DNA from: a virus
Lineage: Duplodnaviria; Heunggongvirae; Uroviricota; Caudoviricetes
Virus record (IMG/VR): IMGVR_UViG_3300042298_002704
Strand: one strand, 5' to 3'
Length of the DNA: 33,920 nt
Part shown: in pieces, positions 19,471 through 27,949 of the stretch
How the letters are laid out: every line of letters starts with the position of its first letter
How positions within the stretch are numbered: the first letter of the stretch is position 1
Made by a program: the position numbers and the translations under genes
Notes under the pieces: model-generated
Told to the model about the DNA's origin: nothing
Database searches by the model: none
Seen by the model: only the letters and a program-made list of their open reading frames with translations

Positions 19471-19821
19471 ATGAAGATTAAACTTTTAAAGCAAATGATC
19501 ATGGAAAATTTATTAGAAGCAACTCAGACATCAATGACCTTTCCAGTTTTTGAAACTACTGATTCTTCTATTATAAGAATGTTACCACGAGCAGAAGTTA
19601 TTGGTATCATTGGGTTGAATAAACAGTTGGATCAGATAAATGTCGAGGGGCTTCACCATTCGTTTGTATCTCTTACTTATAAACGTCCAAATGTTTATTT
19701 TGAATTGAACCAGAAAGGAATTAACTTTTTAAATTTGAACGACTCAAAAATAAAAAGTAAATTTCAAAAAACGGTGCAAACATATTTCCAAACCTACTTT
19801 CAAAAACAACTTGAAAAATGA
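19471..19821 (+). CDS. Leader-bearing hypothetical protein
   Basis: MKIKLLKQMIMENLLE. Confidence 0.7.
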   Translation: MKIKLLKQMIMENLLEATQTSMTFPVFETTDSSIIRMLPRAEVIGIIGLNKQLDQINVEGLHHSFVSLTYKRPNVYFELNQKGINFLNLNDSKIKSKFQKTVQTYFQTYFQKQLEK

Positions 19822-20051
19822 AATTCATAAAGCCATCAGTAGAACACATTGTTAAAATAAACTTTGTTCACCCAAAACATGGTGATACATGGTTTAAGTA
19901 CCAGATAAATAGCTTAAATAACAATGTTATGTTTTGGTTTGGTTATACCACTTCAATGTTTGTTGGAGCATCCGATGTTAAAAAAATAGCATCCACGATT
20001 AAAACAGATAAAAAATTCAAATTTTTATCACAAGAACTTGTAAAATTTTAG
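19818..20051 (+). CDS. Hypothetical protein
   Basis: ATGA overlap with upstream gene. Confidence 0.6.
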   Translation: MKFIKPSVEHIVKINFVHPKHGDTWFKYQINSLNNNVMFWFGYTTSMFVGASDVKKIASTIKTDKKFKFLSQELVKF

Positions 20052-20053
20052 AT

Positions 20054-20341
20054 ATGAATATTGATTGCATACAAAACCAATTGGATCGAGTGGTTTATAT
20101 AGAATCCGTCGCAGATTATATAAATAAACGATTTTATTATACCAAAGGTCGTCATTTTGTCCACCAACTCTATATTAAATTATCTAAAAAATATTCTAAA
20201 ATAGATGGATTTGTGTTATTTGATACCAATGGAATCATGAATAGAAATCATTATGTAAAACTATTATATGCGAAAAAAATTGAATGTTTTGGTACACAAG
20301 CGCAGCAAAAAATACTATCAGGAATGTATTCAAATATATAA
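20054..20341 (+). CDS. Hypothetical protein
   Basis: Tightly packed ORF. Confidence 0.55.
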   Translation: MNIDCIQNQLDRVVYIESVADYINKRFYYTKGRHFVHQLYIKLSKKYSKIDGFVLFDTNGIMNRNHYVKLLYAKKIECFGTQAQQKILSGMYSNI

Positions 20342-20354
20342 GGAAATATAACCT

Positions 20355-20822
20355 TTGCCAGTAAAATATTATCCAGAAGATCAGGTTGACAGCGGATTTG
20401 TAGGAATCAAGTTTCCGACAAACGGCAATGGAACATCGAATGGTGGCTTTTTTAATATGTCAAGGTCAACAGAAGAACAAGCCGTTACCAATTATATTAA
20501 TTTGTTGCTAACCAAAAAAGGTGAGCGTTATATGCAGCCTAATTATGGTATAGGACTTCAATTTAGATTATTCCAACCAAATACTTTGGCGTTGAGGTCG
20601 GAAATCGAATTTGAAATTTATCAACAAGCAGCCATTTGGCTTCCTTATATTAGAAATCATAATATTCAAGTTTTAGAATCCGCTCGTGGTGTTGGAAATG
20701 GTGGAACTGATAGTGAAAATTCAATCCAGATCATCATAACATTTTCGGTTACTGAATCTGGCGCAAATAAACAAATAACTCTTTTTCAAAATCAGGGAAG
20801 AGTTAGTTATATAATTGAGTAA
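20355..20822 (+). CDS. Baseplate wedge protein gp25/GpW-like
   Basis: NYINLLLTKKGERYMQPNYGIGL..RLFQP...IWLPYI; TTG start. Confidence 0.85.
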   Translation: MPVKYYPEDQVDSGFVGIKFPTNGNGTSNGGFFNMSRSTEEQAVTNYINLLLTKKGERYMQPNYGIGLQFRLFQPNTLALRSEIEFEIYQQAAIWLPYIRNHNIQVLESARGVGNGGTDSENSIQIIITFSVTESGANKQITLFQNQGRVSYIIE

Positions 20823-20825
20823 TAA

Positions 20826-21482
20826 ATGCCTTATTTAAATTCAAACATCCCGGTCATTGACTGTTTTTTCAGAAATGAATATTTGTACAATCACACCAAA
20901 GGACATGGTGAGTTTACAAAATGCAATGCTCATTCTGTCGCAAGTATAGAATCAAGAACTCTTCTTTTTGAAGTTTTTCTTGAAAATGGTGTCAACTGGA
21001 CAAGACGACCAATTACATCGTTTTGCTGGAAAGAAGATGCTCCGGTTCATTCTCTTGAAGAACATATATACTGGGACTGTTTCAGTTATTACATTGATGT
21101 AAACATTAGACATAGACTTCAAGGTTTAAGTGCTGATCTATTGTCAATTAGTAATAAAAAGTATTCCGGTGAATACTTATTTACGATAGACTGGGCGCAT
21201 GAAAATAATATGATGACAAATGTTTCTTTTGCAGAAACTGCGGAACATAAATGCGCTCATATATTCAAAGTTGATGACGGAAATTTCTTTGCATATCCTA
21301 ACAATAGGATAGTTTGGAAAGATCGAGCATTTACTGAAAATCGAATAACATCAAATCCGGGATATATTATAGATAGTAATCTATATTCCGTTGAAGGGAA
21401 AACATATTATGAAACGGATGATAAATATCAAACAAACTATTCTTTTCAAAATCAAGAAAGAGTTAGTTATATAGTCGAATAA
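20826..21482 (+). CDS. Hypothetical phage protein whose C-terminus duplicates the gp25-like C-terminus
   Basis: Ends FQNQERVSYIVE versus FQNQGRVSYIIE upstream. Confidence 0.75.
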   Translation: MPYLNSNIPVIDCFFRNEYLYNHTKGHGEFTKCNAHSVASIESRTLLFEVFLENGVNWTRRPITSFCWKEDAPVHSLEEHIYWDCFSYYIDVNIRHRLQGLSADLLSISNKKYSGEYLFTIDWAHENNMMTNVSFAETAEHKCAHIFKVDDGNFFAYPNNRIVWKDRAFTENRITSNPGYIIDSNLYSVEGKTYYETDDKYQTNYSFQNQERVSYIVE

Positions 21483-21492
21483 GTTAACCAAG

Positions 21493-21579
21493 TGTTAATG
21501 AATTTGGATAATATTTTTAAACCTTTTACCTTTGTGGAGTAAAAAACATGAACAAAAAAAAAACTAACAGAAATGATTA
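21493..21579 (+). repeat. Promoter+leader cassette, copy A (pairs with 30128-30214)
   Basis: TGTTAATGAATTT..TTTTAAACCTTTTACCTTTGTGGAGTAAAAAACATGAACA(n)CTAACAGAAATGATTA; TTTG(21503)-N20-TACCTTTG(21527). Confidence 0.85.
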
Positions 21580-21890
21580 AACAAGTTTTAACTGAATCTC
21601 GTAAATATTCTGACTTTGTAAAAAAACTCGGAGTAAATGTAAATTCAATCCCAGAAGACGGTCAGTATCATGATATTAAAACTATTGATATTGACCCAAA
21701 TACGTTGGGATTATTTGCACCCGCAATTGAAAAAATGAGTTTAAGAGCGAGGGGAGGATGGCATCCAAAACGTTCAATTTTTGAATTAGTTTTGGATTAC
21801 AAATACGAACATCCGTCAGGTTCAAATGGGTATAGTGCAAAATTATATAGTAAAGATAATGGAAAAACTTGGGTTACAAAATATTGGTAG
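21548..21890 (+). CDS. Leader-bearing hypothetical protein, frameshifted in an A10 run (in-frame internal ATG at 21573)
   Basis: With A9, as in the copies at 17065 and 30184, it reads MNKKKLTEMIKQVLTESRKY... Confidence 0.65.
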
Positions 21891-21899
21891 GAATAAAAC

Positions 21900-23786
21900 T
21901 TGGCAAATGTAGGAAACAATTATAAACGGGAAGTTAAATACATCCAGCGTGATTTTGCTCAAAACAGACTTGCGTTGGTAAATTTCTTAAAAACATACTT
22001 CCCCGATCAATTCGGCGATTTTAATGAATCAAGTCCTCAAATGGGGTTGATTGAGGCTGTTTCCTATATAGGAGATAGTCTTTCCTTTTATACGGATGTT
22101 CAATTAGCGGAATCGCTTTTGTACCATGCGGAAGAAAGAGTCAACTTATTGAATTTGGCTCAAAGTTTAGGTTATAAACCAAGAACAACCGTCCCCGCAA
22201 GCGTTGAATTGGAAGTATTTCAATTGGTTCCAAGTGTAGGTTCAGGTAATGCAACTAAACCTGATTTTAGATATGCTCTTTACATTGAACCTCAAATGCA
22301 GGTTAGTACAACTGATACTGACGCAATTTACTTTTACACCAAGGATGCAGTCGATTTTAGATATAGTTCAAGTTATGACCCAACTACGGTAACCGCCTAT
22401 TCAGTTCTTCCAACAGGTGAAATTGAATATTATCTTTTGAAGAAAAAGGTTAAAGCAGTTTCAGGTCAAATCCAAACAAGAACTTTTTCGTTTACTGAAC
22501 CCAAGCAATACGATAAAATTGTCATTCCTGAAACCAATATAACTGAAATTGTATCAGTTAGGGATTCAGATAATAACGTTTGGACTGAGGTTCCTTATTT
22601 AGCACAAGATACAATTCCAGTAGCAATTAGAAATACGCCTTATAACGACCAAGTTCTAAGTCAATATAGGGATTCGACTCCATATATTCTTGCCTACAAG
22701 CAAACGGAACATAGGTTTGTAACACGACTTCGTAAAGATGATTTCTTGGAAATTCAATTTGGCGGAGGTATGAGTTCGGAGGCTGATGAAGAAATACTTC
22801 CAAATCCAATGAATGTTGGGTTAGGGTTAGATTATTTTGAAAGAGTTGGAGATTTATCAATCGATCCGATGAATTTCCTATATACGAAAACGTATGGTTC
22901 AGCACCTCAAAATACAACTTTAACAATCCAATATTCCACTTCAAATGGTTTGGCTGAAAACGTCAATGCAAATACCCTAACGAGAATCGTTTCAAATACC
23001 ATTGCAAATCCATTTGATATTGTCGACCAAACTGTTTATCAAACAATAGTTGATTCCTTAACTGTAAACAATCCAAATGGAGCCTACGGGGGATTAAACC
23101 GTAAACCACTTGAAAATATACGTCAAGAGGCTCTTGCTAACTTTGCAGCCCAAAATAGAGCCGTTACAAAGGAAGATTATATTCTAAGATGCTTCACAAT
23201 GCCAGCCAAGTTTGGAAGTGTTTGTAAAGCATACGTTGAAAATGATACCCAACTTGCAAATTGGGATGATTCCCGAATTCCTAATCCGTTTGCATTGAAC
23301 CTTTATGTTCTTTCTTATGACGCAAATAAAAATTTTGTTACTTGTAATGAAGCCGTGAAAGAAAATTTGCGCCAATATTTGAGGCAATATCGTATATTAT
23401 CTGATTCGTTGAATATTCAAGATATTTTTATTATCAATATATCGATAGATATTGAAATTATTACTTATCCGGGAGAAAATTCCAATGAAATTAATTTGCG
23501 AGTATTGAATAAGGCCATTGAATTATTTGATAACGATAAAATGCAAGTTAATGCCCCGATTATTATTGGTAAAATTACATCGGAACTTGATAAAATAGAG
23601 GGAGTTCAGAGCATCGCATCCATTACATTTAATAACGAAATTGATACAAATCTCGGATATAGCGGAATAGTTTATCCCATCCAAAATGCGATTAGGTCGG
23701 GAGTTTTGTATCCAAGTGTAGACGTTTGTATATTTGAAGTAAAATATCCCCGTTCAGATATTAGAGTTAGAACAATTGATATATAA
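21900..23786 (+). CDS. Baseplate wedge protein gp6 / baseplate J-like
   Basis: RDFAQNRLALVNFLKTYFP..DFNESS, LAQSLGYKP, IQFGGG, FAAQNRAVTKEDY; TTG start. Confidence 0.9.
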   Translation: MANVGNNYKREVKYIQRDFAQNRLALVNFLKTYFPDQFGDFNESSPQMGLIEAVSYIGDSLSFYTDVQLAESLLYHAEERVNLLNLAQSLGYKPRTTVPASVELEVFQLVPSVGSGNATKPDFRYALYIEPQMQVSTTDTDAIYFYTKDAVDFRYSSSYDPTTVTAYSVLPTGEIEYYLLKKKVKAVSGQIQTRTFSFTEPKQYDKIVIPETNITEIVSVRDSDNNVWTEVPYLAQDTIPVAIRNTPYNDQVLSQYRDSTPYILAYKQTEHRFVTRLRKDDFLEIQFGGGMSSEADEEILPNPMNVGLGLDYFERVGDLSIDPMNFLYTKTYGSAPQNTTLTIQYSTSNGLAENVNANTLTRIVSNTIANPFDIVDQTVYQTIVDSLTVNNPNGAYGGLNRKPLENIRQEALANFAAQNRAVTKEDYILRCFTMPAKFGSVCKAYVENDTQLANWDDSRIPNPFALNLYVLSYDANKNFVTCNEAVKENLRQYLRQYRILSDSLNIQDIFIINISIDIEIITYPGENSNEINLRVLNKAIELFDNDKMQVNAPIIIGKITSELDKIEGVQSIASITFNNEIDTNLGYSGIVYPIQNAIRSGVLYPSVDVCIFEVKYPRSDIRVRTIDI

Positions 23787-23799
23787 AGGGAAAAATCTA

Positions 23800-24864
23800 A
23801 TGGCAAACAAAAAGTATCATTATGTTTATAAAACTATCAACATGATAAATGAAAAATTTTATTATGGTGTTCATTCTACAAATAAAATTGACGATAAATA
23901 TATTGGCTCCGGAAAAATATTAAAAACTGCTATTAAAAAATACGGAAGAAAATCATTTAAGAAGGAGATAATTCAAATGTTTGAATCCAGAGAAGAGGCG
24001 TTTAATTTTGAAGCAGATATCATTAAAATGGAGATGATTTCAGATGATCGTTGTTATAATTTGAAGTCGGGAGGAAGCGGTCATTCAAATTATCGCCCAA
24101 TGACCGACGAACTTAAACAATATTTTAGTGAATTAAATAGAAAATACAAACATACTCCTGAAGCTATTGAAAAGATTAGAGAAGCAGGTTTGGGTAGAAA
24201 AATGTCAGAACAATGTATGATTAAACGGAAAGAATATTGGAAAAATAATCCAGATAAACTTAAAGAGCGTGGAATTAAAGTAGCTAATACCAGACGTAAA
24301 AATGGAAGTTATGGGCATAGTGAAGAAACTCGTAAATTGATATCGCAACGAGAATTTGAATATGTGTCCAGTGGCGGCGTAAAAGCAAGACATTATGAAT
24401 GTGAAATTGATGGGGTCTTTTATAAAACGATTAAACATATTTGCGAGGCGTTTAAAATAAATCGTAGAGAATGTAATAAACGACTATTATCAAATGAATA
24501 CCCGAATTGGAAAATTATTAACAACCAAAAATTGAAACCTCTATTAAAAAAAGCGGATAAACGATTTAACAAATGTATTATAGAAAATATCGAATATCAA
24601 AACATTTACGAAGCGTCAATTAAATTGAATATTGAAGCAAATATAATAAAAATGAGATTAAAGTCGACTGATTTTCCGGATTGGATACATATAAAACCAG
24701 AAAACGCAAGACGTGCGACCAATGGAAAACAATGTTCAATTGATGGCGAAATATTCGAATCTGCTACATCCGCAGGTATAATATACGAAATACCCGGTTC
24801 GACAGTATTATCAAGAATAAAATCTAAAAAACTGAAATGGGAATCTTGGAAATTTTTAGAGTAA
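23800..24864 (+). CDS. Free-standing GIY-YIG homing endonuclease with NUMOD3-like repeats
   Basis: YVYKTINMINEKFYYGVHST...YIGSG; HTPEAIEKI, HSEETRKLIS; ATG at 23800. Confidence 0.85.
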   Translation: MANKKYHYVYKTINMINEKFYYGVHSTNKIDDKYIGSGKILKTAIKKYGRKSFKKEIIQMFESREEAFNFEADIIKMEMISDDRCYNLKSGGSGHSNYRPMTDELKQYFSELNRKYKHTPEAIEKIREAGLGRKMSEQCMIKRKEYWKNNPDKLKERGIKVANTRRKNGSYGHSEETRKLISQREFEYVSSGGVKARHYECEIDGVFYKTIKHICEAFKINRRECNKRLLSNEYPNWKIINNQKLKPLLKKADKRFNKCIIENIEYQNIYEASIKLNIEANIIKMRLKSTDFPDWIHIKPENARRATNGKQCSIDGEIFESATSAGIIYEIPGSTVLSRIKSKKLKWESWKFLE

Positions 24865-24871
24865 TAAATTT

Positions 24872-24916
24872 AAATATCCAAAAGTAGATTTGCAGATTCG
24901 CACAATTGATGTTTAA
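24872..24916 (+). pseudogene. Orphaned alternative 3' end of the gp6-like gene
   Basis: KYPKVDLQIRTIDV* versus KYPRSDIRVRTIDI* at 23742-23786. Confidence 0.75.
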
Positions 24917-24920
24917 CAAC

Positions 24921-25276
24921 TTATTAACAACAACCAAATAAACAACCATTTACCTTTGTGGAGTAAAAAACATGAACAAAACAAAATTATTCGAGATGAT
25001 TGAATCTATTCGAAAAGAACAGTCCATTAAATCTGGTTTTACTACTCAACGTGAAGAAATTTTGAAAATTTTAAAAGATAATAATATTATCGCCAAAGTT
25101 CGTGATAATCGTGTTGACCTGAAACATGATAAAGATTTTCAGAAGACTGTTAATTTAATTCAAAAAATATATCCAAGTATCGGTATTACTTACGGATATT
25201 ATTAACAATAACTAAATAAATAACCATTTACCTTTGTGGAGTAAAAAACATGAACAAAACAAAATTATTCGAGATG
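24921..25276 (+). repeat. 78-bp direct repeat (promoter -7 element, start region and first 9 codons)
   Basis: 24921-24998 versus 25199-25276, 3 mismatches; contains TACCTTTGTGGAGTAAAAAACATGAACAAAACAAAATTATTCGAGATG. Confidence 0.9.
24972..25205 (+). CDS. Leader-bearing hypothetical protein
   Basis: MNKTKLFEMIESIRKE. Confidence 0.7.
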   Translation: MNKTKLFEMIESIRKEQSIKSGFTTQREEILKILKDNNIIAKVRDNRVDLKHDKDFQKTVNLIQKIYPSIGITYGYY

Positions 25277-25549
25277 GTTACTAAAATTTTGAATGAAACT
25301 CATAAGCCGTCAGTTGAACCGACGTTAATTTCGGACACTAATACGTTCAAATTTAAACCCGTCCCAAGTATGGGATATGGATTTACTGACGTTTATTATA
25401 AAGGTCAGCGGATCGCCATTATTAATGGTAGATCATCTGCTTTACAATGGGTAGCCAAAAACGGAAGTAATATTCCCAATAAGATAATTGATAAATTGGA
25501 AAATACGGTAAAACGTTGGGTTGTTCAAACATATAAAATGAATAAATAA
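25250..25549 (+). CDS. Leader-bearing hypothetical protein
   Basis: MNKTKLFEMVTKILNE. Confidence 0.7.
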   Translation: MNKTKLFEMVTKILNETHKPSVEPTLISDTNTFKFKPVPSMGYGFTDVYYKGQRIAIINGRSSALQWVAKNGSNIPNKIIDKLENTVKRWVVQTYKMNK

Positions 25550-25550
25550 A

Positions 25551-25582
25551 TTTGGACATTTGAAATAAACTCCTTACCTTTG
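25551..25582 (+). promoter_or_regulatory. Bacteroidota sigma-A type promoter
   Basis: TTTG(25551)-N20-TACCTTTG(25575-25582). Confidence 0.75.
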
Positions 25583-25602
25583 TAACATAAAAATTCAATA
25601 AC

Positions 25603-25842
25603 ATGGCAACGGTAAAAATTCAGGTTTTTCAAAACAGTCGCGAAATCAACGAACCAAGCATCGATTGTTTTTTCGATCACCGAGAGTTCGAGTTTATCAA
25701 AAGGACGGTAAAACGTCAACTTGAATCTTATCCTCCTGTAAAAGGGAAGGTTTATTGGGCAAGTTTTTCAGTTTTGAACGAAATGACTGGGAAATACGAA
25801 GAAACTGATGAAATGTTCAAACAACGAGTTAAAATTCAGTAA
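25603..25842 (+). CDS. Hypothetical protein
   Basis: Directly downstream of a promoter. Confidence 0.65.
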   Translation: MATVKIQVFQNSREINEPSIDCFFDHREFEFIKRTVKRQLESYPPVKGKVYWASFSVLNEMTGKYEETDEMFKQRVKIQ

Positions 25843-25843
25843 A

Positions 25844-26614
25844 ATGAAGACTTACGAAATTTTACAACTTCAAAACTTTATTGATCCGGGAGGTTATGAA
25901 AAACTTCAATTGAGAGGTTCCAAACTTCAATATTTGGATCAAGAATGGTCATATCTTGCTTCCGGTTTAAGTCGAGATGTTTTCCGTTCAGAATGTGGGA
26001 CAAAAGTTTTAAAAATTCCGCAGAGAGTTTGGAAAACTGATAATACTGAATGGGAATTGAGTTTGAATGATCAGTGGGAATATGATCATAATCGTTTGGA
26101 ATTTCAAGTTTATGATGAATCGCCAGAATGGTGTAAAAAACATATTGCTAAAACTGAATTGACTGACGAACATTTAGTTATTCAAGAATATGTCGATGTT
26201 CATTATATTGGGGATGCGTATTGGCGTGAAATTGGTTATCGTGAAGATGGAACTACGGTGATTTTTGATTGTGATATTTTTTTAGATTTTTCTATGAAAA
26301 AACCAAATTCTGGATTCAAATATGAAGAGGTGTTTGGTCATAAAAACATATTTCCCGAATGTTATCAAACAATTGAACATAATAAAAAAGAACGTCGGAA
26401 AAAGGAAAAAGAAAATATTGCAAAGTATTTTCCCGGAATTTTGGATGGAACTCAAATTTTTTCATCTCAATCTGGATACGGTGGTCAAAAAGTTTGGATT
26501 AAAAATTTAATTTCCAGAGATGAAAATGGTCGCGGTACATTTGACGATGGAGTTGAGATTTCACTTGAACTTGCGCTTGAGTGCGGGTTTATAACTGAAA
26601 TTTATAAAGATTGA
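25844..26614 (+). CDS. Protein-kinase-like fold protein (atypical)
   Basis: YLASGLSRDVF, KVLKIP, HNRLE, LVIQEYV, IGYREDGTTVIFD; ATG at 25844. Confidence 0.55.
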   Translation: MKTYEILQLQNFIDPGGYEKLQLRGSKLQYLDQEWSYLASGLSRDVFRSECGTKVLKIPQRVWKTDNTEWELSLNDQWEYDHNRLEFQVYDESPEWCKKHIAKTELTDEHLVIQEYVDVHYIGDAYWREIGYREDGTTVIFDCDIFLDFSMKKPNSGFKYEEVFGHKNIFPECYQTIEHNKKERRKKEKENIAKYFPGILDGTQIFSSQSGYGGQKVWIKNLISRDENGRGTFDDGVEISLELALECGFITEIYKD

Positions 26615-26618
26615 AATT

Positions 26619-26987
26619 ATGAACCAATTATTTGCAACCTGCGTTTATGAAGAATTGAACCCGAGTTCGACATTGAAAATTGTTCTATCGAAAGATAGTG
26701 AAGAATTTAAAGTATTTGAACATTCCGATCCGTTAGTTGCTTGGTTTGAATATTCAAAATGGTTGAATACTGAAAATGAATATTATATTGTTTGGTCGTC
26801 GACCAGAGATCATTGGTTTATGGATACGAATGATTATTTTGAAAAATATTTTGATTCAGAAACAGGTGATTTTGTTGATTGGAAAAACCTTGAACTGTAT
26901 GACGTTGAAATTCGATATCCTTCATGTGTAGTTAATTCTAATATGAAAAACTTTTGGGATTTAAAAGAATATGTAAAGGGAAAATGA
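26619..26987 (+). CDS. Hypothetical protein
   Basis: Packed ORF. Confidence 0.65.
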   Translation: MNQLFATCVYEELNPSSTLKIVLSKDSEEFKVFEHSDPLVAWFEYSKWLNTENEYYIVWSSTRDHWFMDTNDYFEKYFDSETGDFVDWKNLELYDVEIRYPSCVVNSNMKNFWDLKEYVKGK

Positions 26988-27109
26988 CATTTGAACCTTA
27001 GGTAATTTGGAATAAAGCAAACCCGAGATATTTATGTAAAAGTGAGAGCCTTTCCAAACGTGAAGGAAAGTTTTGATGTAATAAGTTACTTAATTGAAAT
27101 GGAAATGTT

Positions 27110-27514
27110 ATGAAAATTAGAAAGATAATGGAAGAACTTTCAATTCCTAAAATTATTAAGATTCTCGACTTCTCTACTTCGGAAGGTAAATTTTCGGTTT
27201 ATGATTATGAAAAGAATCCAGTTCGTCGTCCGGATATGTTTACGGTACTAAAAGATAAAAACGGGTATATAATTAGAAATGCGGTCGTTCCTGTCGAACT
27301 TCAAAATAAAGGAATTGCTACTGAATTTTATAAAACAATGAATCGGGAGAGTTTACAAAAAACAAAAAAACCGTTACGTTCAACCAGACCGAGAAAATTA
27401 TTAAGCGGTGAAGTTGTTCATGAATTGAGTTCAGATGGGATACGATTGTGGGATAGTTTGGTATCGAAAGGTTTAGCAAAGAAATTAGGAGAAAAGGATT
27501 ATGTCTTTATTTAA
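27110..27514 (+). CDS. GNAT-like acetyltransferase with leader
   Basis: Acetyl-CoA motif VVPVELQNKGIATEFY; LSSDGIRLWDSL; leader MKIRKIMEE. Confidence 0.7.
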   Translation: MKIRKIMEELSIPKIIKILDFSTSEGKFSVYDYEKNPVRRPDMFTVLKDKNGYIIRNAVVPVELQNKGIATEFYKTMNRESLQKTKKPLRSTRPRKLLSGEVVHELSSDGIRLWDSLVSKGLAKKLGEKDYVFI

Positions 27515-27515
27515 T

Positions 27516-27920
27516 ATGAAAATAAAAACTATCTTATTGGAAATGGAATCTGATTATAGAGGACAACATCGCGCTCCAAACAAAGATGATGCTCCGCTAA
27601 CCGATTTGACAATGGTTTATGGTGATGATATTTATTCAAGGAACGCAATTCGGTATTATGGTACTGGATTAGATGACGATTTTAATTATTCAATCATTCA
27701 AAAAGCCAAAGACAATCCTAACCTTTCAGTAGTTATTTACAGAGCCGTTCCCGGCGAAGTATCCGAAATAAACGATGGTGATTGGGTAACACTTTCAAAA
27801 AAATATGCAAAAACTCACGCCAAGGGAGAAAAAGGTTGGAAAATTTTAAGTAAAAAAGTAAAAGCGTCTGAATTATATACTGATGGTAATAGTTGGGACG
27901 AATGGGGTTGGAATCCTTAA
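27516..27920 (+). CDS. Leader-bearing protein with possible ART-like fold
   Basis: Leader MKIKTILLE from ATG 27516; IYRAVP..INDGDWVTLSKKYAKTH..LYTDGNSWDEWG. Confidence 0.55.
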   Translation: MKIKTILLEMESDYRGQHRAPNKDDAPLTDLTMVYGDDIYSRNAIRYYGTGLDDDFNYSIIQKAKDNPNLSVVIYRAVPGEVSEINDGDWVTLSKKYAKTHAKGEKGWKILSKKVKASELYTDGNSWDEWGWNP

Positions 27921-27949
27921 TATGAAAATAAAATAAAACCGGATTATCT

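Noticed and set aside
15159-24864. Group I introns around the GIY-YIG ORFs
   Set aside because: Flanks are too short and no intron core elements are recognisable; neighbouring genes are intact, so the nucleases are free-standing
24921-25276. Direct repeats read as a CRISPR array
   Set aside because: Only two 78-bp copies, separated by a protein-coding gene; no cas genes
27050-27074. Hairpin CTTTCC-N9-GGAAAG followed by TTTT as a terminator or ribozyme
   Set aside because: Short stem, large loop, weak U-tract; not enough support
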